Source: Camelus dromedarius (taxonomy: Eukaryota). From it: DNA of 64,000 nucleotides. Positions 40,143 to 54,764 of the stretch are shown piece by piece. The translations under genes and the position numbers were made by a program. Location: contig NC_087437.1 in the NCBI RefSeq assembly GCF_036321535.1, positions 30,940,001 to 31,004,000 of the forward strand, read 5' to 3'. Every line of letters starts with the position of its first letter. Within the stretch, counting starts at the first letter, position 1. The notes beneath the pieces were generated by a model, which saw nothing but the letters and a program-made list of their open reading frames with translations, searched no databases and was not told where the DNA came from.

Positions 40143-40359
40143 GTAAGCCATTTTTTCTGTCTTCTTTTTGTCTACATCAGTTGCAGGAGCTGGGGGTGAA
40201 GGAGTGGTGGGTCTGGGACTGGAGCCGTGATGCCAGCCCTGACTATGACCCTATTTATTTGACTCGGGATAAGTACTTCCTGTTTCTCCAAAGTAGATAT
40301 TCTAGGATTGCGAAGAAACAAGAAAGAAATTAAAAAGACAGGTTTTGTATGATATAGAC

Positions 40360-40524
40360 ATTGCTCCTCAGGGGGTGGTCTGTGGACTAGCAGCATCAGC
40401 ATCGCCTAAGAGCTTGTTAGAGAAGTAGAACCTCAGGCTGCATCCCACATCTGCTGGAGCAGACCCTGCACTTTGACCAGACCTCCTGATGATTCACACA
40501 CACATTCAGGCTTGAGAAGCATTA
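40360..40524. mobile_element. hAT-Charlie MITE (MER5A-like) in V2R1 intron 1
   Basis: gtggtctgtggactagcagcatcagcatc...gcttgttagaga...aggcttgagaagcatt. Confidence 0.75.
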
Positions 40525-40783
40525 GTGCAGAATTGTGCAGTGTTGCTGCTTTACTGCGAGTTTTTGCTGGACTGAAGTCTCCTCGAGTGAAAATACACAG
40601 TGTGGGGATGTGAATTTATTCATGAGCTAGTGTTCACAGCGAGCTTCCTTTAGCTGCAAGGCTTCTGCCCTACTCCTCTCACCCCAGAATTGTCATGTCA
40701 AGAAATGGGATCCAGGACTGGTAATCTGAGTTTGCTAAGATCCATTGTAAGAGAGGCAAACATGGGTTATATTTCTGGGTGTG

Positions 40784-40785
<2 letters not shown>

Positions 40786-40816
<31 letters not shown>
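40786..40816. repeat. (AC)15 microsatellite in V2R1 intron 1
   Basis: Perfect dinucleotide run. Confidence 0.97.
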
Positions 40817-40817
<1 letters not shown>

Positions 40818-43800
40818 TTTTGCTATGAAAAGAATGCCAGAAATTAAAAGAAAGAAAGAAAGAAAAACAGTCCACGCTATTCTACTACCATAACAGAGCA
40901 GCTCTTTCCTTTTCATTTCCCTGTGTTCGTTCTCAGCCCTTCGTATAAATGCAACCATAATTTTTGCATAGTTGTGGCCATGGCATAGACACAATTTTAT
41001 ATTGTGCATTTTACATCATGTCTTAATCACTTCCATGATGCTTGCTGCATGGTAATTATAATTGTAAATGCATGCTGTAAAAATTTTGGCAACTTCTAAT
41101 ACAATTAAATCCTTACTGATCACAGCACCTTTCCTTTGATTGTATTTCATGCTACATTTTTGAAATTTCACTAGAGGGATGAACATACTGTAATATTGCT
41201 GGCAATAGGGAAGGATTGTAGTCAGTCCCTACTTAACTCTTTCCTGGACCTTCTAATTCTTTTCCGTTCTTACAGTGAAGCAAAGGGAAGGGAGAAAAGT
41301 GCTTTTGCTCATGGCTGTACTACTTAGAGTGGGCTTATTTGTCAGAGGAGTTTTCACTTATTCAATCTTTAATAACATAAAATGAAAACCAGAGTTTGTC
41401 ATAGTATATAGTACATTAATATTTCATCAACGGAATTACTTAACTTGTTCTTCACCCTTCATTGCAACTTCTGAAGGTTATCTTCCCAGCAAGGTAAAAC
41501 AGAAAAACCAATATAGACTTTTTTTTAAGTAAAAATTACCCCTCCCCATTAAAACATAGTTTGACCTATCCACTGTGGTTGACACAGTGATGAGAAGTAT
41601 GTCCCATTTAAAAAATAATTCACTGTATCAGGGATATTTTGATTTCCCTCTCTAGTCTACTTGTTTTTATTTAGTTTTCAGAGTAGTCTGATAGTTGCTT
41701 CGTATGTTCTGTCCCAGGATCTTAACTGTAATCAGTGAGCGAGAGGGTGGTGCGTGCTTACTCCATCTTAACTCGAAGCCTCAGTAGCCTTGAAAGGAAT
41801 ACTTCAGCATCTTCTGACTTCCAGTGTTGCTGCTGAGATGTCTGATGACATTCTAATTCATCATATTTTGTGTGAAATTTGTTTCGTGTGGTCCAGGGCT
41901 TCTTAAAAGCCAGTTCTTCCTTAATGTGGATCAGTGACACAAGACATCATTGTGGGGGCTCTGCTTGTCTCCCAGACTGTTGACTGAAACCCACATTGCT
42001 CATCTTTGTGCCGTATCAGGAGAAAACCTCCCAGCACTGAATTCTTCCTAAACACACCTGTATGCTTTGGACATGAACAATAGTCCATATTTACATAGTT
42101 TGATACATTTTCTTTAAAATTAGAACTATGTAATGCATTTTCACCCATAACCATCAACATCTGTGCCCAACCCCAGTATTTTTCCAGGCCTCTCAATTTT
42201 CCTCCACCTGATACAATGTTCCCTCCTAATTGGAGAGTCCTCGCAGGGGCCTGGGTGGGTGGCATTCAGGAGCCAGGCTGGGCCTAATCTGATAGTAATT
42301 TCATTTTGGCATCATTAATTTTTACCTATAACTGGTCTAGATATGCAAACTGGAGTTTGGAGAAGTCTCATTTCTAAACCTACAATTTTCACAGGATGCT
42401 AGTTTTGGTTGGCCATCAGCTTAAGTGTACAGAAGAGGAAGATTTTTTTTATTATTTTGAAAATGTTGTTCAGAGCAGAGAAAGGCAGTAAAACTGAAGG
42501 AGGGAGGGAGTATTTTAATTCTTGTTTTGGTTAATCTAAACAAAGTTAGGATTTAGAGAAATTTTCTGGGGAACGAAAGGTATATACACTGTATAACAGT
42601 ACTGTGGGTGTCATCGTGGAAATCAACAAATGAAAGAAAAATCACCCTAAATTCTACCCTTTCAATAATTATTCTGTGCTCAGTTAAAATTTTTTCCTGT
42701 TGATAGTTATCCAAATGCTCACATAATTTATATGTGGTTTTTTTTTAATGTTGAAATGAGATTTCATTGGTATACAAGCTAAGGGAAGTATGTTTTGCAA
42801 GGTACTGTATTTGCAGTGCAAAATTCTATATGTAGTTTTAATTATAGCATAGAAACAACTGCATACAGGCTGTTTCACCTAATATTATATGCATGCTGCA
42901 GTGTAATTTCTCTAATTACAGAGTTTTTAATGATGGAAAATGTTCCCATCATGCCAATGTACCATAATTTATTATTGCTGGGCATGTAAGTTCTTTCTGG
43001 TTTTTCAATAGTATAAATAAATCCGTGTTGAACAGTTTGGGATATACATAGTTTTTTCCTCTGGGAAGAACAATTTCTTCAGATAAATTCTCTGGGGTAG
43101 AACTATTGATTCAAAGTGAACATTTTTCTAGCTCTTGAAATGTATTGCTATCTCACCTTTAAAAGATATTGCTATATTTATTTCAAAAATGTGTATGCCA
43201 GTTTATATTGCCACCCTTGTAAATTTAGAAGCTGGCTGTCTTGAGACGATAAAGCCCTTCATGTTCTGGCTCCTCGCTCTCCAATCTCCTCTCCTGGTGT
43301 CATATCTGTTTCTACTCTGTTCTACAAGTGTACTGATCTGCCTGCACCTAGCATGTCTTCACATGTACTGTTCCCTCCGCTTGCAGCATCTGTCCCCTGT
43401 TTTTATGTCACCCGTCAAGCCTCAGCTTAGCTGTTAAGTCCTCCAAGGCGAGGCACCTCTTTTTTCTCTAGCCCATGGTCCTTATGTCTGCCGTGGTCAC
43501 TGTGTTTATCATTTTTGTCGGGCTATTGTCCTTTTTCTTCACCCAGACACCGCAGTGCTCATTTTGTTCACTGTTGTAGCTGTAGTGGCTAGCACCAGGG
43601 GAACTCAATAACTGCATATTTAATGAAAAACAAAGCTAAACTAAACTAAAAAACCCAATTAAAGAGACATGGAGGAAATATGTACTCTGCCAACAGGGCT
43701 ATTTGCTATTAGATATTTAATTCAAAAGTATTTATTGAGTAGAAGATACGGAGTTAGATGCTATAGCTACAGAGGACATTAAGAGAAAACATTCTTGAGG

Positions 43801-44620
43801 TCCTTGCTTTCAAACTAGGTTACAGTTTGGTTAAAACTGGGAAGAAATAAAATTGGGACTAGAGTAATTATTTTTAATGGAGGGGAAATTGAAAAAATGT
43901 GACAGTGGACTACAGGAGAAATAGTTTCCCTTTTTAATGGCTAAGGAATGGAAGAGAGGAGGCATCTTACTCATGGTTAAATGTGAGAATGGTAGGAAAG
44001 ACATTTTTCAACTGAAAAATATCTCAACATTAACAATCAAATTATGGCAGGAAAATGATCTAATCAGAGTCATAATATATATAGTATATATAAATTTTAT
44101 ATACTGCTTTTATGAAGTTGTATCATAAGCATTTTTGTGTATTTTCAAAAAAATTTTTTTATTATAATTAATGTCCAAAAGAAAACAAGAGAAACCTATA
44201 GGAAAGTAAGGAGGAGAGAAAGGAGACTCATATGGTACCAAGGGACTTCCAATGAATGGGGGAAAATGAGCGGTGCCCCACGTGGTGGGGAGAACTGAGA
44301 TTATAAGAATATTTTTGTGAAAAGAGATAATCAGCAGTTAGGGGAGACTATATCAAGAAAGATATACAGAGCAAGAAAATGTCCAAAAAGGTGCTTCCCA
44401 ACCCAAACCGATCAATAATGAATATGATTCAGACTTAGACCCTTTAAGTTTACAGTATCTTTTATGAAATATTAACATGCTCAGATGAGGGAGGTGCCCA
44501 CTGGTGCCTGCATGGGAGGTTTTGGCAAAACACCCTCAGCACCAACCCCAGCTAAAAGCTGCTTCCTCCTCAAAGACCCCCCAACTGACTAAGGCCTTAT
44601 AAAAGCTGTTTCCTTTTCAG

Positions 44621-44911
44621 GTTCAACTTCCGGGGATTCCGCTGGATGAAAACCATGATCCACTCCATCAAGGAGATTAATGAAAGGGAGGGTATTTTGC
44701 CCCAAGTCACTTTGGGCTATTAGATCTTTGTAACTGTTTCACCGTCTCCAAATCTGTGGAAGCGGCATTGGTATTCCTTACCAGGCAGGAAGAAAACAAG
44801 CCCAATTTCAGAAACAGGACTGGAGCAATTCTGGCAGGAGTTATTGGAGCAGGCGGGTCATCCTTGCTGACTGCTGCTTCAAGAATCCTAGGGCTGTGTT
44901 ATTTACATCCG
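44621..44911 (+). pseudogene. VN2R1P: V2R1 exon 2, nonsense codon + 1-bp deletion
   Basis: Acceptor tttccttttcag|G; FNFRGFRWMKTMIHSIKEINEREGILPQVTLGY* (TAG 44721-44723); 1-nt deletion at 44730/44731 (G-T AAC TGT, expected GAT); then NCFTVSKSVEAALVFLTRQEENKPNFRNRTG...ASRILGLCYLHP; donor CCG|GTATTT at 44912. Confidence 0.94.
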
Positions 44912-47129
44912 GTATTTCAGAATATTGTGCTGAGTACTCACTTATAAAGAAACACAAGCGATGTCTGTGGAAATTGCAGCAAAAAGTAAGGTGCTCAGGT
45001 GAGGCTGGGGTAAGTTGCAGAGACAGACATGATGGTGGTGATGCAGATGCCCCTAGTTGTTCTGTTCAGTCTGGCCTCAGCAAGTGTGGCTGGTGGTTTC
45101 AGGCTCTTCTACATCCCTTAGGATCCTGCTTTAATTTTTAGCTTGGGGTTGGGACCCGGTGATCTGTATTTTGACATCTCACTAGGCAGTACACTCTGAA
45201 GCACAGAGTAGGTGATTGAGAAGTACTTGTTGGTTGATTGATAGGTGGTATAGGAACTCATTTTGTCTCTTATTAATACTTACTAACTTCTATTAATACT
45301 TATTAATCATGACCTGTTTTGTTCATACACTAGCTACTGAAATGAGCTTGGGAATTTTACAAGAGACGGTGTTGGGATGCTAATGTACAGAATATTTTAA
45401 ATTCAGGGATAGTGACACATTTCAATCTAAGGAAAGATGATATTAGGAAGAATGGATTATTAAGAAAATATGAATAAAGCTCTACATTCATTTCCAGGGA
45501 TGGTTCACAAAAGTATCAATAGTCAGGACTTATTAAAGTGGATGATGATTAAGCTTATTTGTGTTACTGAAGTAATGGGACAAGTTGAAATAATTGTAAA
45601 AAGTAGCATTTACATTGCAGCGTATACAGCTGCAAATACAAATGTAGGAGGAACAGGGTAACACTGAGAAACAGAACCAAGAGGAAGGGCCAAGTGACAC
45701 AGCTGATACCTTTGGTGTGAGCTTCACGCAGCTCAGACAAACTGCTGCTGCACTGAGCTGTCTGCCACAAAATACCGACTCTGGTCCAGGCACCGGCTAG
45801 GAACCTCTAGATAGATTTTTCTCATTTAAATCCTGTAGTAAATCTGCAAAGAAGGTAAAAGAAATATTATATACAATAGACACTTTCACATTTGTTGTTT
45901 CATTTAGTATGCTGAGCAACCCTAAAATGTAGATGTCATAAGCTCGATTTCTCTCACGGGGAAACTGAGATTCAGAAGGTTTAAGTAACTTGTCCACAAT
46001 CTTACATGATGATGTAGCCAGAATTAGAAATCACGTGCCTCTGCTTCCTAAAAGAGATTCTCTCCTACGTATGACTTCCATGATGTTGCTGCTTGTGAGG
46101 TTTCAAAGAAGAATGTAAACTTGAGCCAACGGAGTAAGAATAGGACAAAGGATGGGGTAAAGAGAAAATAGGAATCACCTGTCACTTATGAAAGAACTGG
46201 CAGTGATGGAGCTGTGGAATTATACTACGGGAGCTCTTCCTGGAGGTAACGCGGCAATAACATGGGATGGGCTGGCCTGGGGAAATGCGGCATGTCTTCT
46301 AAACTGCAGAGTTGCTGAGGTTAAGGGTGAGGTACAACAGAAACGTATGTAAGATTGTGAGAGATTCATGGTACTGGCCACGCTCATTCTTAAATTCTCA
46401 CTCATGGAAATTATGCACAAGAATCACTGGCAAAATGAGAAAAATGCCTGTTCATATATCTAGGCAAGTGCTTATAAACTGAAGGCTTCTAGTAACTTTG
46501 TTGGAGAACTTTGTTGGGCTTAAAGTGACGTTCCCTACCATCTTTCTCAAGCTAAATCTTAGGACTTAAATACCCAGAAGTCCTGGCAGAGAGAAAGAGA
46601 GAAGAGGAGAAAAAGAAGGAAAGTGGTGGTGATGGAGAGAGAAAGAGAAGGAGACAGAGAGGGAGAGAGACGGGGAGAAACTGGACCTACCAAATAAATT
46701 GTGAGTCTACTTATGCCATCATCTGAGTGGTTGAGGAGTTAGATTTGAGAAAGAGCCTGCATGGCTTGAATCACGCACCTAGTCTCAGGAAAACATCGAT
46801 AAGAGGGCAGATTACTTCCTTTTCATTGCCATGACCCCACCTGTGAAAAGTGGTGCATTGAATGTCATCATCTTAATAATTAGCTCCTCCAACTCCCTTG
46901 GGCTGGGTTGAGAGAAGGAGGGATAGGAAAGCCCAGAGTGCTCCCTCTAACAGTCCCCATCACCCGTGGAGTAGGGAGAGAAGGAGAAGTCCTTTTGCCT
47001 GTGGAAGGGTGTGGGAACAAAGGGAGAACTGTTAGGTTCCCCCCTTCTCCAGTACAAATACACAGAGATGGTGTCATTTGGGATTTGGCTACTGCTTCCT
47101 AATAACTACATGAATATTTTCAATCGTAG

Positions 47130-48000
47130 GTGGGCTGTGCTTCTACCTGCTCAGTTCTCAGTGACAAATACCAGTTTCCATCTTATCTTCCCACAGTAGC
47201 CAGTGATAAGATCTAGTCGGAGGCCGTGGTACAACTTATCCAACACTTTGGTTGGGTCTGGATAGGCACCATAGCAGCTGATGATGATTATGGAAAATAC
47301 GGAGTAAAAATCTTTAAGGAAAAAAAGGAGAGTGCCAACCTCTGTATTGCATTCTCCAAAATCATTCCCAAGGTCCATTCTAATGAGAAAATGCAGAAAG
47401 CTATTAATGCTGTAAAGAACTCCACTGCCAGTCATTGTGCTTTATGTATCTGATATTGACCTAAGTCCTTTTGTGCTGGAAATGGTTCACCATAACATAA
47501 CTGACAGAACATGGATAGCGAGTGAAGCCTGGATCACCTCAGCCCTCATTGCAAAGCCTGAATATTTCCCATATTTTGGTGGAAGTATTGGATTTGCAGT
47601 ACCCAGAGCTGATATATCAGGATTAAAGGAATTTCTTTATGATGTCCATCCCAGCAAGGATCCAAATGATGTCCTGACCATTGAATTTTGGCAAACTGCT
47701 TTTAACTGTACGTGGCCCAATAGTAGTGTTCCGTACAACATTGACCATAGAATGAATATGACTGGTAAAGAGGACAGATTGCATGCCATGTCTGATAAAT
47801 TCTGTACTGGAGAGGAGAAGTTGGAAGATCTTAAAAACACTTATCTGGATGTGTCTCAGCTAAGAGTTACAAACAATGTGAAACAAGCTGTGTACTCTAT
47901 GGCATATACCCTGGATCATCTAAGTAGATGTGAAGAAGGATACGGACCACATATTCCAGGAAACACCTGTGCATATATACCTGATTTTGAGCCTTGGCAG
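47130..48000 (+). pseudogene. VN2R1P: V2R1 exon 3 (large Venus flytrap exon), nonsense codon + 2-bp deletion
   Basis: Acceptor cgtag|GTG GGC; VGCASTCSVLSDKYQFPSYLPTVASDKI* (TAG 47214-47216); ORFs 47226..47453 and 47437..48033 are joined by a 2-nt deletion at ~47430 (GCC A GTC ATT GTG; expected AKVIVLY); donor CAG|GTAAGT at 48001. Confidence 0.96.
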
Positions 48001-48899
48001 GTAAGTCATTGTTTGTTTTACTTCATGATATAGTTTGTCATGAAGAGTATCCATACTATTAAAACCATTGATCTGCTTTTGTACTTAATAGGTATGATTT
48101 TATCACATGGAGACCTAAAAGAATGACTTCCTTCTGTGACCTAAATGCACATCTTAGAGTTTCCATTTGTTCACAGAGTTATTACTAGATTTGTTGTGAA
48201 TGATCGAAAACCTAAAAGAACAAACAGCACCATGAAACGATAGGTTTTTTTCCTTTACATAAATGAAGTTCAAAGATTAGCATTCTGGGACTGAAAGAGT
48301 GGCTTGGGGATCAAGATTCCTTCTACCTCGCTGTTTTACCACTCTGAATCTGTGGGTTCACCTCATAATCCCAGATGGCTACATGAGCTTCAACCCTTAT
48401 GTCCACACTAAACCAGGAGGAAGGAGAAAGGACAAAGATGTGTATATCTCTCTATTTAAGAATATTTCCTGGAAATTACATACAATTCTCCTTACACCCC
48501 ATTAGCCAGAATCTAGTTATATGATCACATCTAACTGCAAAGGGAAGATGTAGTCTTTGTGTAGCGTTAGAGGGGCCATGCTAGTGTGTGATGTCTAGGA
48601 CGTGAATATTACTGGGATCACCTTGGAGATTGGAACTCATATCGCCTGTCTCAGATCTGATGTCCCAGCAATTCATTTGGGGTACAGAAGCCCTAATGGT
48701 CTCACCAAGATGCACAGCTAATCAGAGTGCTCCTCTGTTTGCATCCTTGAGTCCCTCCCCTCTCCTATAAAGGGCAGAGCATGAGCATCCCCGGTCTGGC
48801 ACTGTCAGCATCTCTAACTCCATTGCTTCTTCCATGACCCTTAGCACTTTATTCTCCAGCAACACCAAATCACCTGTCACTCCCAACAGACTCCACAGT

Positions 48900-49820
48900 G
48901 GCTAGAACCACTGCATCTGCATTTTTATTTTTATTTTTAAATTGATCCCACATTGCATTTGGTTTTGTGTTTCTTTAGCCTCCTCCAGTCTGTGGCAGTT
49001 TACCATTCTCCCTTGTATTTTGCAAACCTGCTGCTTTCTAATAAGTAATGTCCAGCTATTTATAAAATGTTTTTCAATTTGTGTTTGTCTAATTTCTTCC
49101 CTCAAGATTAGGTTGAGGTTATGCATTTTTGCAAGAATGCTGTAAAAGTGATGTGTATCCTTTTCTATGCCTCATAGCAGGAGGTATATGATGTCAACTG
49201 TGTCTCATTAATGGTGACATTAATTTGGATTATTTAGTGATAGTGATGTCACCATGTTTTTCCATTATAAGGTTACTATGTTTCCCTTTGTAATTAATAA
49301 TTATCTTTTTTGGCAATATTTTGAGGCTCTGTAAATATTGTGTTTTTCATAAGGCTTTGGTCTACAAATTTTAGCATCCATTGATGATGATTCTTGCCTG
49401 AAACAACTATTACTGTATTGTTTTAAAAACAGTGATTTCTCTATTTCCCTCATTCCTTCTACATTTATTAACTGGAATTATACTTTTTCCTCACTAATTT
49501 ATTTATATCAATATAGTCTCATGGGTATTTATTTCTATTCTATGAGTATAATAGTTCATAACTATCATTATGTATTTTGTTGCTCAAAATTCAGGTTTGA
49601 CCATTGGCAGCCACTTTGAGTTGCCTCCTATTTCCTTTTGACACATCACTATAATTTCAGATTAATTTACTTTCTGGAACCCAAGGTGTTCCAGGCTCAT
49701 CTTGTATTTCTCTGCCCCAGTCTTGTAGTCAGCCATTTCTCCAAGGAGTCTTGTTTCCATTTACTGGAGAATGGAATTTAGAAAGCAAGATCTGAGTACT
49801 AAGTTGTTCACTGGTACTGG
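48900..49820 (-). mobile_element. L1MC-like 3' fragment in V2R1 intron 3
   Basis: gattaggttgaggttatgcatttttgcaagaat...ccaggctcatcttgtatttctctgccccag...agccatttctccaaggag; similar to 1-480. Confidence 0.75.
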
Positions 49821-51625
49821 GGAAATTGTGGTAAATTAAAAATGAGAAATTAAGTTATGCTATAGGTGAGTTCTTTAATTTTAAAAGAAATCCTCTGAGT
49901 ACTTCTTTTTTAATAAAAGGATCCTTATTGATGGTAAACAACAACCCTCTAATTTATTATTTGAAGATATCAATATTACAATTTAAATTTGCTCCAAAAG
50001 CAACAAATATATCTTAGGACTGCAGAGAAAAGAGTTTTTAGGAAGGGTCAAGAGACCACACAGTGTCAAGGTGAATGTTGATGGTTTAGTCCAAGAGAGA
50101 ATTCATGCTCCTCGACTCATTCCCTGAATGGTGTAAGTTAAAATTGGGGGAAAAAAAAGACCTCACAGTAGAGAGGGTTAATAGGCACATTTACGAATGC
50201 TTCATAAATGTATCAAAGTAAGAAATTGTGACTTATTTAAAACCAAAATGATAATGCACTCCATACTCATTTTCCTCAGCTTATCACATTATCAGGCTTG
50301 GTCAGAAAATATATATATATATATATATTCATGATACCCTTTTACTCTTATGGTTTATTTAGACATTTCTAAATTCTTTTGCATGCCTGGTGGTAGGGAA
50401 CTGTGTCCTACCATCCAATGATGATAAACAGATAGAATTATGGAAAGGTTGTAAAGTGGCAGCCTTTTAAAATTTCCTTGCTTTACTCTTTTGAAGATTG
50501 GAAAAGAAAAATGTGCCTCTCCCCAATGGACTTGGCAGTGAAAGTCACTTTGTTGTGAACTCTGGTGAAGATTTCATGATGACTGAGACTAGCACACAGT
50601 AAAAGGGGGCGAGGGGGAGATAAACGTGCAAGTGACCTGGAGGAGCCCCCGTGGTGCATGGTGATTATTATGGCACCTTGGCGTACTGACTTACTAACGG
50701 CTTTCAGCTGTGTTACCTTAGTCCCCATGACAGAGGTAGGGCAGGAATGATTTCCCTTCTAGAGACCAGAAAACGAATTCTTATTTAGGATGTATGACTT
50801 ACCCAAGGCCATGTCATTTGACAAGAGCCAAAATATGACTCTGAATCATCAGACACCATAATTCAGGCTCCCTCCTCTATGTTGGGTGGTTTCTCTGGTT
50901 TGTGGAGGGTTAGGGATTGGACTGGGTCTCTGGTTGGGAACATAAGTCCAGCATGTGGTTCTGAGAAAAACCAAGGGCATATGATATATCCCAGTGCAGA
51001 CTGATTACCTTCATACTGAGGAATACATGCCCTTACTCCAGCTAAGGTTGACTGGGTGAAGCAAGAGTACGAGAGGTATTGTTTTGTTAGGGGATTCTTG
51101 CTGATATCTGTAAAAGCATTCTGTTGGTGTACAGTCATTCCCATCTACCACTGTACTCTTGGCCATGGCTTCTTTGGCACTCCCTTGTCTCACATATTAC
51201 TCCCTTGGCTTAGGAAATATTCTCCCTGTCCCCAGTAATCGTCAGGCAGAGTGCTACTAAGTTTTTAAAGCTCACACGGCCACTTTCTGGGGAAACTGCC
51301 TCCAATTTTCCTAAGCAGTTAGTTAGCCACTCCCTCATCTATGCCCTCTTAACCCTCTTTCCACAACAGCAACAGAAAGTAGACTGAATTTTACTATTAG
51401 CACCTGTTTATTTGTCTAGCCTTTCTACTGGACCGTGAGCTTTGCAAGGGTAAGAAATGGATCTTGTTGACTTTCCTGTCTCTAGCTCCTGACGAACAGG
51501 GGCGGGAGTGGTGGTAGGAGGGCAGACTGGTCCCTGAAAGCCTACATGTGGAAGAAATCTAAGAAGAAATGTCCTCCCTTCCCTAGGTATGTAGGTATTC
51601 GGAGATATTCGGCACCATTTTACCT

Positions 51626-51931
51626 TAGTGCCTGTCCAATAGAAATTTACAAGCCATGCGGGTAATTAAAAATTTTCTAGTAACCAAATTAAAAACTAAG
51701 AAGGAACAGATGAAATTAAATTTAGTATATTTTATTTAACCCCAAATAATATTTTAGCATCATGTTAATATATTAAAATGATTATATAAAATTACTAATG
51801 AAAGAGTTTACATTATTTTGAACTTTCTGCAACCCAGTAGGTGTTTTACACTTAGAGCCCATCTCAATTTGGCCAGCCACTTTTCAAGTTGCAATGACCA
51901 CATGTGGCCAGAAGTTGTATTAGACAGCAGA
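51626..51931. mobile_element. hAT-Charlie MITE (MER33-like)
   Basis: ctgtccaatagaaat...cacttagagcccatctcaatttggccagccacttttcaagt...cacatgtggc...attagacagc. Confidence 0.75.
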
Positions 51932-52072
51932 GGTATAGAAGAAAAGGAAAAACTTCAGTCCCATGAGTGAAATATGAGTTTTGAGATTAGTCTCTTTAAA
52001 AACCCTGTTTTCTAGGCAATCAAATTTTTACAATTGTTTTTTCCTCTGTTGTTTTCCCCCCTTGTTTTCTAG

Positions 52073-52300
52073 TTAATGTACTATTTGAAGACACTTAAGT
52101 TTACAACCCATAATGGAATGAGAACAGAAATGGATGATAATGGAGATGTGACTGGATACTATGACATTCTAAACTGGCAATTAGATGATAATGGAGAGAC
52201 TGCCTTTGTGAAGGTCGGAGAACATATATTCACAAACTCTAAATCTGAACTCGTGATGAATAAGAACGCGATAATATTTTGGAAGATGGAATCATGGGAG
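52073..52300 (+). pseudogene. VN2R1P: V2R1 exon 4 (228 bp, open)
   Basis: Long polypyrimidine tract then ag|TTA ATG TAC TAT; LMYYLKTLKFTTHNG...DDNGDVTGYYDILNWQLDDNGETAFVKVG...IFWKMESWE; donor GAG|GTTAGT at 52301. Confidence 0.95.
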
Positions 52301-52432
52301 GTTAGTTACTCTGACATCTTATCTTGTTTATATGTACAGAGAATTGCATTTTTGTATTGTTTCAGGTGTTATGAAATATTAGAAACCTGAAGTTGGTGAT
52401 TCCAAGTTAATCTTCCCAAATATAATACATAT

Positions 52433-52481
52433 CTTTTTTTCTTTTTCTTTTTCTTTTTAAATGGCGGTACTGGGGATTGAA
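52433..52481 (-). mobile_element. 5'-truncated Vic-1-like SINE fragment
   Basis: T-rich tail + aatggcggtactggggattgaa matches the SINE at 2032-2052. Confidence 0.65.
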
Positions 52482-54149
52482 TGTTTCAAGACCTTGCCCT
52501 AAAGCCAGTGCTGTCTCTACAAAGTTTGGATCTATTTTAATGTAGGATGGGCATTTTCTTTCTAGGAATGATTTTGTCTTCTCCCCCATTAACCTTTGGG
52601 TGTCTGCTTTCCTGACTCTTCTCTGCAGTTTTCCCAGTTTCTCTTCCTTTTCCACACCTCTAGGGATGAGGAGGGAGTCTAGAGATGGCCTTGCTGAGAT
52701 TTAATGGCTATTTCTCTAGTTATACGCACTCTGAAATTCACAGTATTTTCAGGCTCTTTATGATGCTGAAGTCATGGGTCATGTGTGGTTTTATTGACTT
52801 CTTTTTCCTTTTAAACCTGTATGGTCTCTTTCAGAGAATGGGTGGAGAGATTCAGAGTTTAGCAGCTACCATTACTCTGGGGTAACCCAGAAGTCCTTCC
52901 CTTCCCTGTCTGACTGTGGCCCTGGAGGAACTTCATTTCTTCCTCCTTTTTTTCTCATTTATTCCCAGGGTCAAAGAATGGGAAGAAGGATTTACAAGTT
53001 CATAACATAAGCTGATGTAGGGAACACTAGCTTCCAGTATGGTATATATATGTATATATGGCGCACAAACATGTCAATAAGTTTTAATGTGTCATTCAAA
53101 AAGTCCTTTATTGAGAGGTTATTTAGGAGAAAAAGATGAGTTTCATAAATTTTAAAATTCTTTTTAAGAATTGTTTTTAAAATTGTTTTGGAAAGTAGTA
53201 GACGTAAGGTTTGAGGATTTGTCTATAAAGTACTTATCCCAGACAAAAAGCTATTACTTTCATTATTATTGTTATTCATTAATAATAATGCATTATTAAT
53301 TATTATTACAATTTTGATTCCTCTGTCTCCTATAGCAACAGGAGGGCTTTGATATACAGAACTGCAGCTCTGAACATTTTAAAAGAGAAGCTAGAGACTG
53401 GGTCCCCTGGTTAACGCAATGCAAAGAGAACACCTAGAGAAGCTAGGAGAGGAGAGTTCGGAGGAAGCGTCATCACTTGTCAGATGGCTGAACTTTCTAC
53501 CCTGAATGAAATATTAGTTCTGGAGAGTAGAACTGTAGGGCTTTTCATATTCTAGTTTAGTGTTTACCTGTAGTGTTACAGTAAAGCGATAGGGTGGTGG
53601 AAGAGCCTGGCAATTTAGTCTTCCACGTGAATCCCAGGGTGGAGGAACCCGCAGGAGGGAGAGAGAGCTGAAAGTAGGTGTCAGGACAGCCGGCGCTTCT
53701 TCTTTGCTAATGCAAGAACTTTCTTGGTGGGGGAGGATGTCTTTTTTCATCTCGTTTCTTATTAATGTATCTTCCCTCTTCTCATGTGGCCTTTTGATCT
53801 GAGATCAGAGATCTCCAGATAGTCTTCCAAATCATGCTGAGAAAGGATATACGAATATATGACAAAAAAATTAAGATTTCTGAGCTCCTATGCTGTGCCA
53901 GGTACCTAGGGGATCTTTTTAAAAAGTCTCTTTTTATCTCTGATTTTGGTCCTTGGCTTTCCATGGGTAGCAGTAAACATACATAGACTCATACATGCTG
54001 ACACACACATACACACACATTAGTTCCTCCCTTTCTGGGCCCATCCTTAAGCAGCTCTTGAATACATTATGGCAGGATACAAAAATAAAACCTTAGCGTT
54101 TGCCACTATAGGGGCCACAGCTCTCTTCTGCATTTTATTTCTTTGACTT

Positions 54150-54348
54150 AGAGCTGTTCTGTCCAACACAGTTGTCCCTAGCCATATGTAGCTTTTAAAA
54201 TTAAAATTAATTAAAATTAAAAATTCAGTTCCTTAGTCACATTAACTGCATGTCACGTGCTCAACTGCCACATGTGGTTAGAGGCTGCCATACTGGACAG
54301 CACAGATCAATAACACTCTGTCACTGCAGGAAGACAGGGCTGCCCTAG
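54150..54348. mobile_element. hAT-Charlie MITE (MER3-like)
   Basis: ctgtccaacacag...aaattcagttccttagtcacattaactgcatgtcacgtgctcaactgccacatgtgg...actggacagcacag. Confidence 0.75.
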
Positions 54349-54764
54349 GCCTGGAGTAGAAACCACCTTCTGTGGCCCAGAGCTCTCTTCCTGAACGGGG
54401 CCTGAGGCTTTTCACTTTTGTATTCCTAGGCTAACCATATAGCAGGTGCTCAATATAATGTTTTACATGAAAAAAGAAATGTTACTACTTGTGTATACAA
54501 AGTTCATATGATGTGCGTTCTACTAAAAATTGATGGAAAGATAGTAAAATGTAGTAGTAGATTTCTATTTTAATAATGTTTCATTAAAGCATAATAATTT
54601 TATTTTTCTCATCTTTATCAAAACTAGGGTTATATTATATTTGTACAATGGAATTGGTTTGAATGTAATTCAGTACAGATTCACTAAGCATCTACAGTGA
54701 GTCCACCTCTGTATTAAAAACTGCAAAAAGACCACTGCCCTCACAGCACTTACCATCTAATAAT